This document shows, one piece after another, positions 39,700-51,809 of a DNA stretch of 64,000 nucleotides. The position numbers and the translations under genes are program-made. The DNA is from Chrysomallon squamiferum (Eukaryota; Animalia; Mollusca): NCBI GenBank assembly GCA_012295275.1, contig CM022666.1, positions 5,146,001-5,210,000 of the forward strand, written 5' to 3'. The notes beneath the pieces are model-generated. The model was not told where the DNA came from. It saw nothing but the letters and a program-made list of their open reading frames with translations, and made no database searches. Numbering within the stretch: position 1 is the first letter of the stretch; the number at the start of each line of letters is the position of its first letter.

Positions 39700-40780
39700 T
39701 AAATTCACATTGCTGTTTAGGATTTTTCCACGCCCTATAATATTAAGTGATATTACATCAACTTGAAAAAACAAAACATCGCGGTGAGGTCGATAAGTAT
39801 CTAGCACATGCGCTGGCAGGTACAAATAATAACAGCCACAGAAAATACAGCACTCATTTATTTGTCTGGTATCTCGAAAATCTGCAAAATGCACGTGCAA
39901 GTCGTGCCACTGGCAGCTTCATGTAGCAGGTCTGTGGTTATAAAGCAAGAAAATTGAGTTATCAGATTCAAGTTGCGATCTATAAACAATAACGTTCACG
40001 GCAGTTTGAATTTCTGGCACTGAAAGGAAACCAGCACTGGACGTGATCTTTCGAGGACGATACAATATCAGCAAACAGAGCGGATATGTAGAATGAGGAC
40101 CTGGCAAGCTTTGACAGGTTTTGTCTGCCTTTGCAGTAAACCAACTAGCCAAGGTTTTAGTAAGGGTTTAAGAGAGCATTACCTTAAATTTTGTTTTCAT
40201 CCGAGTAAAATTTACCACATAAATGTTTCAAAAACCAGGCGATCAACCTATGGAGGTGATTAAATGTGTTATTCAAACTTTGACAGTAGTTTAGTCAAGG
40301 TATTTTCCTTCTTGCTTGTCAAATTTGACGTCCGCTGGTTTACGAGAAAATCGAACTTTCCGCTATTAAGCCCTACCCGAGGTGACCGAGTGTTGTTGTT
40401 TGTTTTAGAATTTTTCACAATAAAAACACATTTTAGTGATTTGGCGGCAGAAACTGCAAATAAGCCATCATCACCTTGGTTAGTCACCTGATCAAAATAC
40501 ACCCACTTGACTGGATATTTATTTCACTTCACGGTATTGAATATTTATTGCGCGCTTTGCTATCTCAAGCTGTTTTTCGCTTACTTTAATTTTGTTACAT
40601 TGTCTTCATTATTACATCTTTGATTGCCAATCTACCGTCACAGTTTTCCCTATACATTTGTTTTAACAGTAAAACAAATATATTTATTTTTAATTATTTC
40701 TTTAAAATCCTACCTCTTTCCAGTGATATATATAACTTCGGACGAAAAACTCTGCTCCTTACACTCCCCAACAATTGGAA
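39700..40780. repeat. ~1.1-kb GC-elevated, coding-like intron-1 segment (copies 56430-57600, 62670-63830); probably decayed TE or gene
   Basis: Three colinear copies with long minus-strand ORFs (up to 173 aa, 62634-63155) that are broken at different positions. Absent from copy 1. Confidence 0.5.
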
Positions 40781-40818
40781 AAAAAATGTGTGTTATCAGA
40801 CAGCAAGTTTTACATCAG

Positions 40819-40871
40819 GAGGATTATCTGTTTCATTACACATCGCTGTGCTGTCATATTGGATTTCAGTG
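40819..40871 (+). other. Putative second or alternative 5'UTR exon of TNF genes
   Basis: Conserved ~53-nt block ending CAGTG|GTGAGT about 475 bp upstream of the ATG at both 41348 and 33239. Other copies end at 32764, 58146 and 63923. Confidence 0.45.
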
Positions 40872-41347
40872 GTGAGTATTTGTACACAGTGGTTTACAAG
40901 GCATTCACTGAAAATTGATAAATCAGGCCTCGCATTTTCAAAAGAGAAACCTTTGCTCCTTTTTTTTTCTTTTTTTTTTTGTCATCGCATAGGTATCAGT
41001 GTAAATATGTCTTAGTGCTATTTATTTTACTCTTTTTTTTTCGTTGAAACAATGTTGTATAGAACTATATGTACGTGTGTATGTTGTTTGTGAATTTGTC
41101 CTGATAATATTTATTCTTTTATTTATTTATATAAGCACTGTTTGAAAGTTTTATATTTGTGTATGTACAAGTGTATATTTTTGGTTTGCTGAAATAATGT
41201 GTTATATAAGTGTGTGTATATTGTGTCTTTGTACGTGTGCGGGTGTGTGTATTTATCTTGGTATTATTTTATTACTAATAACTTTTTGTTTTCTTTCTGT
41301 CATGTTTTACAGATTACTTCTAAAGGAAATAAAAGTTGATACACAAA

Positions 41348-43512
41348 ATGGTACCAATTCTTCCAGTCATTGCCATTTCTCTTATGGTACTAAACTTGAT
41401 ACTCATCAGTTTCATTGCATCTGTAACATTAAAAGAATTTCTGAACAGAGAAACCAGCTTGTTGTTTGAGCAGGAACTGTGTGTGAAAATCTCGTGCAAA
41501 CCAGGAGAAAACTGTTGTGATGACAAATCTACGACCAGAACCAGGAACAATACCACGTATTGCTGTTACAGTGATGGAGAAAAAGTGATCAGTGAAATTA
41601 TGAAAAAGGTAAATTCTGTATTTAATTCTAAAAAATTATATTCCATAAATACATTAAATGAAAAAAGATATTGATATCTGTAGATATGAATTAAGAAAGA
41701 GTGTAATTCTCTATAAAAATAATAAAAAGTTATATTCATTATAAATGAAATAATATTTGAATTATGAAAAGGAGAAATTAATAGTGCTGAAAAATATTTA
41801 TAAATTTAAAACTGATTATTGTGGACTAGTTTCAAATTGGTTTTAACATTCTTTTTAGAAACTGAGTGAAAGTCATACAAAAGCTGAGAAAAGTGGTAAG
41901 TTAATACAGACACACATATACACACACAGACATACGTAAAAAGACAGTCGCAGAAACACAGACACACAAGAAAAGTCATACACAAACACAGACAGACAAA
42001 CATACAGAAGAAGGCACACACACAAACAGAAACACTCAGGCACGCATATTTAAATATCCACACATTTTTTTTATAATTCTGTATGTGCATATTTGTGTAC
42101 AGTCTATGTATGTAAACATGTACAAGTGTATATTTTTGTGTGTGTGTGTTTCAGAACCAAAACTAAAGCAGATCAGAGATGTCTCTGATCTTTTGAATTT
42201 AGATAATAAAAACATTGTGTACAAATCTATGTATGTATATATGAATCTATATATTTATACATGTATCAGTAGTCTACATGTGTCTGTATATATATATATA
42301 TATATATATTTATATTTCAGAACAGAAACTTAAGCAGGTCAGAGAGGTCGCTTACAATCTGAATAATAAAAAAAATGTGAAGACATCGGCTCATCTACAA
42401 ATGGAATTGAATGCAACATATGAGAAAAGTAAGAAAACAAGTAGTAGTAGCAGTGGTAGCAGTAGAAATAGTAATAGTAGTAGCAGTAGTAGAGTACTAG
42501 TAATAGTAGTATTAGAGTAGTAGTAATAGTAATAGAGTAGTAGTATTAGTAGCAGAGTAATTTTACTCTGTAAAAAGAGGTGATTTGGTAATAAATGTGG
42601 TAGTAAAATAGAAGTAATAGTAGTAGTTGGTCTGGTAAAAGTAGTTGTAGTAGTAGTAGTTGGTCTGGTAAAAGTAGTTGTAGTAGTAATCACATAGTTA
42701 TTAGCAGCATTTGTAGAAGCAGTAAATATTAGTAGCATTTGTAGAAGCAGTAGCAGTAATAGTCGTAGTAGTAATAGAGTAGTAGTATTAGAAGCTTAGA
42801 AGCAGAGTAATTTTACTCTGTAAAAGAGGTGATTTGGTAATAAATGTGGTAGTAAAATAGAAGTAATAGTAGTAGTTGGTCTGGTAAAAGTAGTTGTAGT
42901 AGTATTCACATAGTTATTAATAGTGGTTAGGAAATAATAGAAGAAATTGTGATAACAATAGTATTAGCACGTTAGTAGTAAAAATATCAATGATTGTACT
43001 AAAGTAGTTAATAGCAGTAGTTTGTAGTAGTTATAGAAATATATTAGTAATATTAACTACAATTGTTGACAATTTAAAATAAAAATATTATTTAAAAATA
43101 ATTTATTCTTACAAACTTTTCAGACAACCCAAAGCCTTTGATCAAATGGACGTCGTCTGGTAAAAGATCGTTTGTGAAAGGAGGTGTGGCTGTTGTCGCT
43201 GACGGGATTCAAGTCAAACACTCTGCTTACTACTTCATATACAGCAACGTTTTATTCCATGCCAACCAAGTCAGAGAGCTAGAATACGCTAGGCTGTGTC
43301 ACTCAATTGAAAAATATCCAAATTATGATGTCCTCTACAGAAATCCTCAAACAACATGCAAAGTACGAAGACACCAGGAAGGTTTTGTTCCTTCCTACAT
43401 TGGAGCTGTCTACTACCTGAAAGCCAATGACACTGTAGTGGTGAGAACATCAGTTGTGAACAGAATTTTGAGAGATCCTGAGACAACCTACTTTGGCCTG
43501 TATATGCTGTAA
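41348..43512 (+). CDS. TNF superfamily ligand, copy 3 (intact, 264 aa, 4 coding exons)
   Basis: Exons 41348-41608, 41859-41895, 42321-42428 and 43124-43512 have the same lengths (261/37/108/389) and phases as copy 1, with canonical splice sites and no stops. Confidence 0.93.
43124..43512 (+). CDS. Terminal exon of TNF copy 3 (TNF homology domain)
   Basis: ttttcag acceptor. Translation IKWTSSG...AYYFIYSNVLF...SYIGAVYYLKANDTVVV...TYFGLYML*. Confidence 0.93.
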
Positions 43513-43682
43513 AATTGGTAAGGGAAGCCTGAGTTGTAATTGGTAATATATCACTTTCCTTATTCTGACAGAAAGACATAACTGATGAATTTCTGTATAT
43601 CAAACTAACCTTGTATCGTAACATTACCTTGAAACGTTTATCTTAGACATACTAGGATCTATAGCCTTCAGTGTCATTAATA

Positions 43683-43720
<38 letters not shown>

Positions 43721-44390
43721 ACTGGCGGCTGTTTGTGATTTTCGATGTTGGTATATCTAACATTTTTAATATATTTTTATAATTCTTTCATTAATAATTA
43801 ATTATAACACTGGAATATGATTCAGAATGATTATATAATTGTTTCTAATGTTTGTGTTTTGAATAGCAGTATATTAACAGTGACGCTATAGACAGATCCA
43901 GAAATAGAATTTTGTTCGTGAACTGGGCTTTCCACCCAAGCTATAAATTGTCGTCAGGTCACTAGTTGAAGTTGTCAACCGTATTACTGTTAGAAATAAG
44001 ATTTAGAAAGTATGAATGCATTATTGTTGTAATAAATAAATAAATCTGTTGTTGTGATTGTTGTAGTTATTATTGTTGTTGAAAATGAATAGGAACACCG
44101 ATACGAATTTTTTATTTATATTCTTATTATGTTTTAGGTCGGTTCATGTACAAAGCAGTTACTAGGTCACAAACGCCATTTGCATACACAGCGCACCCAT
44201 TCATAAGACTTAAAAATGTGTGTGTGTGTGCGTGTGTGTGTGCGTGTGTGTGTGTGTGTTTATTTAGATTAAGGTTTCTATGAAATAATTAGAAAAATCC
44301 ATTCTTCCTGAACTTAGCTTTCCATTAGCCTATAAATAATACATAATAATTAGTAAATAAGTAAATAAATACATAATGTTTAAGACAAGA

Positions 44391-44439
<49 letters not shown>

Positions 44440-45260
44440 TTAAATAAATGATAAAAATTAAAGTAAAAGAAAATGAAATGAATGAAAAAAGAAAAGACAA
44501 AAAAAGATAAATATAAGTTATAAAATCAGAATAACTTCTAAAAACTAGGTAACCACCTGATCATACCCATAAAATATCATGTAATCTCAGTAATAAAGGA
44601 ACAGAGAAATAACAAATGAAAATCAAGTCATTTAGATGAAGTAATGTACTTCTTGTTTGATGGATAGACCAAACGTGTGATGTTTTCCTGTCACGTCATG
44701 TGATTCCCTGACTTTTCTCACCAGGGTCATAACCAGGGTAAAGTAAGAGAAACGACACTAATGAAACTGCACAAACAGCTTGTCTATGTTTACTATAAAA
44801 CCCTAACATTGATCCAGTGTATCCTAACAGTAGACGGGCGGATTAGTGTTAGTCACTGTGTATCAGTAATGTGATCGGTATTCGTTCCTTTTACAACACA
44901 ATAAAAAAATGCTAATGCACATTTCAGGCATTTCTTATCCCGGTATTAAGTTAACATAAGATCGAATCCTCATAATAGTTAACTAGAATCCACATATCCA
45001 TAAAGAAATAATAAATCGTACGAAGACGTAAGATCTTTTATTTTATAAAACGAAAATTAAAGAAAAATTGAAGTTCGGTTTAAAACACAAAAATATTATG
45101 AAATATTAACTGTTGAATTCCAGAAAGAAATATTTAGTTCATTTGTCAAAAGTAAAAGTTTACAAATTAATTTACTGTCAGAGTATTTTTAAAGTTAAAA
45201 TTAGCAGGTCACAGAATGTTTACCGCTGTCTGGTGACCTCATCAAACGATTCTTTATTCG

Positions 45261-45910
45261 ACTTTCCAGTGATAACGTGCACAGTTTCGCTTGTCGTTCT
45301 ACTTTATCTGACTTTCCAGTGATAACGTGCACAGTTTCGCTTGTCGTTCTACTTTATCTGACTTTCCAGTGATAACGTGCACAGATCCGCTTGTCGTTCT
45401 ACTTTATCTGACTTTCCAGCGATAACGTGCACAGATCCGCTTGTCGTTCTACTTTATCTGACTTTCCAGCGATAACGTGCACAGTTTCGCTTGTCGTTCT
45501 ACTTGATCTGACTTTCCAGCGATAACGTGCACAGTTTCGCTTGTCGTTCTACTTTATCCGACTTTCCAGCGATAACGTGCACAGTTTCGCTTGTCGTTCT
45601 ACTTTATCCGACTTTCCAGCGATAACGTGCACAGTTTCGCTTGTCGTTCTACTTTATCCGACTTTCCAGCGATAACGTGCACAGTTTCGCTTGTCGTTCT
45701 ACTTTATCCGACTTTCCAGCGATAACGTGCACAGTTTCGCTTGTCGTTCTACTTTATCCGACTTTCCAGCGATAACGTGCACAGTTTCGCTTGTCGTTCT
45801 ACTTTATCCGACTTTCCAGCGATAACGTGCACAGTTTCGCTTGTCGTTCTACTTTATCTGACTTTCCAGTGATAACGTGCACAGTTTCGCTTATCGTTCT
45901 ACTTTATCTG
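45261..45910. repeat. 50-bp minisatellite, 13 copies
   Basis: Unit actttccagYgataacgtgcacagtttcgcttgtcgttctactttatcYg. Confidence 0.97.
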
Positions 45911-46631
45911 ACAACTTTTCACTTGACGATGTTTCGTTAGACGCTAAAGTGTGTATGAGATGAAAGCAAAAGAAACGAAAACACGTTTTAATGATGTTCA
46001 CGTTATTAAAAGATTAAGGCGTGTCTTCCTCCTTAAACAGTAGAAACGGGGCCTGTATAAACAGAAAGAAAGAAAGAAGAGAGAGAAGAAAAATAAAGAC
46101 GATGAAAAAAACAGAGAATGAAAGAATGTATTCAGTAATGATAAAAAGTTTTATCAAATAAAATTTTAAAACTGCAAGTGCATTTTTTTTATGTGAGAAC
46201 TCAGATTATATTTGTATTTATCTAAGTGTATTTAATAAAATAATAGAAGTAATATTTTTTCTTATATTAGTTAAAATTCAAATTTTATTTGATACGAATT
46301 GTTTTATATTCACAGTGGCATCAGATTCTCTGATATATTATTTACATATGTATAAAGAGATTTGCATCCATAATCTTTAAGATATAACTGGAATTTAGTT
46401 GTGTAATAACAAAACCTTTCATTGCAATAACATAAAATAAAAATCTGAGTTTTAAAAAAAAACAAATTGACATGGATATTAGTAAAAGTAAATATTGTCT
46501 TTCACAATCACTGGTTCTGACCTGTCTTTGAGTCAAATCAAGGGGAGATAATCCATGCTGCCAAACAGCGAAAACGTCAAAGCGGAGTGAAGTGAAATTC
46601 AGTGACAGCGTTCTGTGTGATATTCGGTTTG

Positions 46632-48257
46632 ATGTTTGTGGTTGATATTTTGTTGTTTGCTCATCGGATGGCCAAGACAATCTCGTTCGCCAAGCTTCTC
46701 CTGTACGGGTACCTGAGTATGTGGATTATAAGGAAACAGGTAATTAATTATTTGTTTATGGACACGTCAGTGCATATTATTATTAATAATTAATGAAAGA
46801 TATTTAAATGTTTATAGAAGCTGTAACACATTTATTATGTATGATTAGTAGGTCAAAGATATGTAAATTAATTTTTTTAATAATAATAATAATAATAATA
46901 ATAACGATGATGATGATGATGATAACAACAACAACAATATTTACAAAGTACTACTAATATTAACAGGTTAACATTTAAATAAAATTAGTTAGGTTTTATT
47001 TGTTATATTGTTAAATTACTTTTTATATCAGTTTTTTAATACGTAATTTGATCATTCTCATAATTACTGCAAGTACTGTTATTACTAAAACTACTACTAA
47101 TACTATTACTACTATTTCTACTGCTACACTACTACTGCTATTACTATTACTACTACTGTTGTTATTATGACTAGCGCCACTACTATTATTACTATTACTT
47201 CTAGTACTACTACTAATTTTCTAATTATTATTATTACAGATACTACCACTATTATTTCAACAAAACCAACTACTAGTACTACTAGTACTACGACTACTAA
47301 TAATGCTATTATTATTATTATTGTTATTATTATTATCTATTATTATTATTTTTAATTATTATTATTATTATTATTGTTATTGTTATTATTAATTATTAAT
47401 TATTATTATTACTAGNNNNNNNNNNNNNNNNNNNNNNNNNNNNNNNNNNNNNNNNNNNNNNNNNNNNNNNNNNNNNNNNNNNNNNNNNNNNNNNNNNNNN
47501 NNNNNNNNNNNNNNNNNNNNNNNNNNNNNNNNNNNNNNNNNNNNNNNNNNNNNNNNNNNNNNNNNNNNNNNNNNNNNNNNNNNNNNNNNNNNNNNNNNNN
47601 NNNNNNNNNNNNNNNGTTTATGGACACTTCAGTGCATATTATTATTAGTAATTAATGAAAGATATTTAATGTTTGATTGAAGTAATCACACATTTATTGT
47701 CAAAGTTATGTAAATTAATGTTTTTAATAATAACAATAATAATAACAACAACAACAACAACAACAATATTTACAAAGTACTACTATTAATAATAGGTTAA
47801 CATTTAAATAAAATTAGTTAGGTTTTATTTGTTATATTGTTAAATTATTTTTTATATCAGTTATTTTAATACGTAATTTGATCATCCTCATTATTACAGC
47901 AAATACTGTTATTACTAAAACTAGTACTAATACTATTACTACTATTTCTACTGTTACAATTATTATTACTACTACTGTTGCTGTTATTATGACTAGGGCC
48001 ATTACTATGATTACTATTACTCCTACTACTACTACTATTAATTTTATAATTATTATTATTACAGATACTACCACTGTTATTGCAACAAAACGAACTACTG
48101 CTACTATCACTACTAATAATGCTATTATTATTATTGTTATTATTATTATTATTATTATTTATTATAATTATTATTATTATTATTATTAATTATTATTAAT
48201 TATTATTATTATTATTAGTAGTAGTAGTAGTTGTAGCTGTAGCAGTGGTGGTGGTGG

Positions 48258-48302
<45 letters not shown>

Positions 48303-48851
48303 TAGTTCTTGTTATTGTTGTTGTTGTAATTGTTTATTTACATACACTATTAGTCACCCAGTATTTCTATAATACAAACTACGAATTATCTTGTCAGCTG
48401 ATGATGAAGGTGACGATGATGTATTGAGAGAGAAAACTGAAAAACCTAAACCTCTGTTTGAAAATATTCGACTACGTGTTAAGAAATTGTGTATTCAGGT
48501 GAGCATTACGTTTACCTGTCTCCGTATATATATATATATATAATCAGAGAATGCTAAGGAAGACAACTCTTTCATACTCAAGGACCTTTATCTCAAGAAA
48601 TGCTTGTTGTTGCTATTGTTGTCCATGTAAGATCACTATTATTACTATTATTGTTATTGTTGTTGTTATTTATAACTATTGTTATTGTATCATTGTTGTT
48701 GATGAACTTTTTTCGCAGTTAATATTTTGTTTCAATTTTAGTTTTCATGCAGGTAGTCAAAACACTGTTTATCCCAAATGCTGTTTTCACTGAAGCTGTG
48801 TGTCTCCTTGTTTACTATTATTATTACAGACTGGGTCTCCATCACGATATG
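46632..48851 (+). pseudogene. Gene B partial copy (exons 46632-46739 and 48753-48851)
   Basis: Near-identical to 22747-22854. The second exon is shortened to 99 nt, in frame, with a (TAT)n patch. The 5' part of the third exon was not found. Confidence 0.5.
47416..47615. other. Assembly gap (200 N)
   Basis: Run of N, flanked by a direct duplication (46755-47415 versus 47616-48220). Confidence 0.99.
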
Positions 48852-49080
48852 GTAAGTGCTATCTGTGAGTTTATTTATTTATTTTTAAATAATTTTATAA
48901 ATATATTGTCATACTTCATTTTTAGATGATTTTATTTTGTATCCATATGAAACTGGAAATAAGACAAAAGTTGCAGAATAATATAATTTAAACATCCAGA
49001 ATACAATATTATTCCAGTGCATTACATATCATGTAGTTTATATTTACAGGGAGACTGTATTAAATATTATATAATTAAGG

Positions 49081-49310
49081 ACAGTACATACCATGTAATT
49101 TATGTATCCAGTATTAAAGATTAATAGAGTGCTGTACATACCATGTAATTTATATATCCAGTATTAAAGATTAACAGAGTGCTGTACATACCATGTAATT
49201 TATATATCCAGTATTAAAGATTAATAGAGTGCTGTACATACCATGTAATTTATGTATCCAGTATTAAAGATTAATAGAGTGCTGTACATACCATGTAATT
49301 TATATATCCA
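49081..49310. repeat. 50-bp tandem repeat, ~4.5 copies; degenerate relatives at 18100-18490, 23865-24000 and inverted 270-340
   Basis: Unit gtattaaagattaatagagtgctgtacataccatgtaatttatatatcca. Confidence 0.9.
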
Positions 49311-51186
49311 GGAATATAGTATTAAATAATATATAATAAAATACACTACATAGCATGTAATTTATATTTTCAAAGATATAATATGTATTCTGTGTATCAT
49401 TTTATAAATAAATGAGTTCCTGTGGTGTAGAGTATAAATGAATACATTAATGTGTATATCCAAGGATATAATATACAAAATTATTACATTTCATATCATG
49501 TAATTTATAAATCAAAGGATATAATATTAAAGATTGAATGTTCTTGTATGGTATATGTTCTGTACACAATAGATTTTCTACTGCAGAAGTTATATGTACA
49601 AAGATGGATTTGAACAGCTGATGTTCTAAACATGTACATCTGTGGATGTTGTAAATATAATTAATGTTAAATGATAATGAATATTTCAAGCATAATGGCT
49701 TTTCTTTGTACTGTGAATATGTAATGTATGTACTACTGATGGTCTGTGTTCAGTAAATCTGTACAGTGGATGTTCTACAAACAGTGAATGTGTTCTAGGT
49801 ATGTTCTGTGTAAAATGAGTGTGTACTGTATTCAGTGAATGAATATTTACATATTATTGTTTTTCTATATAAACTGACTGATGAAAGTTAAATGTTCACT
49901 GATTGGTTTAAAATGAATAATACAAGTAAAGTATTCTTTATAAAGTATGTACTCATGCACTGAAACGGTAAGAGTAATAAATGTTTATATATATGTTACA
50001 TCTGAAATTTCTTGTAAAATCTGCATAACAAATAATCGAGTTAAGGCATTTTGTTTTATCCGAATAAGAATTTTGTTTTTAGAAGTATTTCAGAATCGTA
50101 AATATTAGGATTATTAATTTTATTATCACTATCATCATACTCATTATTAATTTTATTATCACTTTCATATCATCATCATAATCATCATCATTATTACTGT
50201 TAGCTGTTATCATTGTTGTTAAATAAAGACTACAGTGATACATCTGGTCACCTGTTCATAATTTATATTTACTTTAAAAGTAGTAAAAATGTCTTGTGCA
50301 TTTGTCATTTTCTTCTTATTTTTTCTTTCTTTGTTTCTTCGATTGTTTGTTTCTTTTTTGTTGTTGTTATAATAACAAGTAAAATTAATGAGATCATTTT
50401 TCAGCTCACTTTTCATTTCTACACCAGTCAGCGACATGATTTAATTTTTATTTTATAAAGCGAAATTTGTATACTTTATAGACTATGTAAAATATTGCAC
50501 TTATATAATATGTACATATCACATACTTATATAGATACACCTACAGACGTGCACATTCAAACACATGTATCATGTTTACGTTTTAATAGTTAAGCAGTCG
50601 CCCTTGACACCGACGACATATAACTGTACCTCACCGGAAATCCTTTTGCAAAGCCGGGTGCATTATCTTTAAAAATAGATCTACCGAGTAATGTTTATAA
50701 ATAGCTGTTTGCGAAGTGACTCAGCTGATTCAAAATGCACGGCCCACGTGTTCACTCTGAGTCCGGCCTACAAAGACGTCGCAGGCTGTAAAATGTACAC
50801 GTTTCGTGAAATTGATATCTCACACAGTACCAACTTCACTGTCCTGATTACTATTATCTCTAGGCCATAGAAATATGCTGAAAAACTGTGCTCCTTCGTG
50901 GATCTTGTGTCGAAATATACTGTAGTGCATAGCTGGAGTGTATTAGGACATTTAAAATTAGATAATGTAGGTGTTCTGGATTAAATGTTTGATAATTTAT
51001 TTGGAGTTAGACTACTGAAGAGTAATTAAATGAAAAATAACAAACTACCTGGTTAATAGTCAGTTGTTAAGTTTTTCCTTCTTTGTTTCTGTTCATGCAC
51101 GTACATCACATGTACTTGACGTAGTCTAGTTTCTGTCATAAAAACCACTCACGGCAAACTGAACAAAGCAATATTCTTAAAATACA

Positions 51187-51243
<57 letters not shown>

Positions 51244-51809
51244 CTTATTTGTATTTTTTTGTTTGTTGTTCTTTCTTTCTTCTTGTTGTTGTTACTTTCT
51301 TATTGTTGTTTTGTTTTGAATTTCTTGGTTTTTTTTTTCTTGTTTGTTTGTTTTTTCCGGCTCACCATTGGACTGATTACATCAACAATTAACTGCAAAG
51401 TACTGAACTGACATAATAGTATGTACCTGTGTATAAAATGACATTGTAGATATTACAAAAGTCACGTTTTTGACAACTTGTGTTTATATGTTTTTCGATG
51501 GGATTGGCAGTGGATGACTTCCAGGGCATTCTCGAATGATTTGTATACATAGCCTTTGAACAGAAAGTATCATATTCTTATGATGACATCTGCTTTGTTT
51601 GAATTTCTTTTTTTTTTCTTTCTGTTATATTTATTTATTTGCTGTGGGTTTCGTAGTTAATGTGTAGTCATTTAACATACTATGAAGAAAATGAGAAGTT
51701 ATTATATTTATATTTTTTGTGTTTTTTAATAGTAGTAGTAGTAGTAATAGTAGTAGTTGTTGTTATTATTATTACGATTGCTTTTGTCATTATTGTTAAA
51801 TAAAGAGTA

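Noticed and set aside
41197-41469. Overlapping ORF (SSHCHFSYGTKLDTHQFHC) and antisense ORFs conserved across TNF copies
   Set aside because: These are shadow frames of recently duplicated DNA. They start in the intron and no upstream ATG is supplied by the UTR exons.
45261-45910. CRISPR-like appearance of the 50-bp array
   Set aside because: Head-to-tail units with no unique spacers, no cas genes, eukaryotic context.
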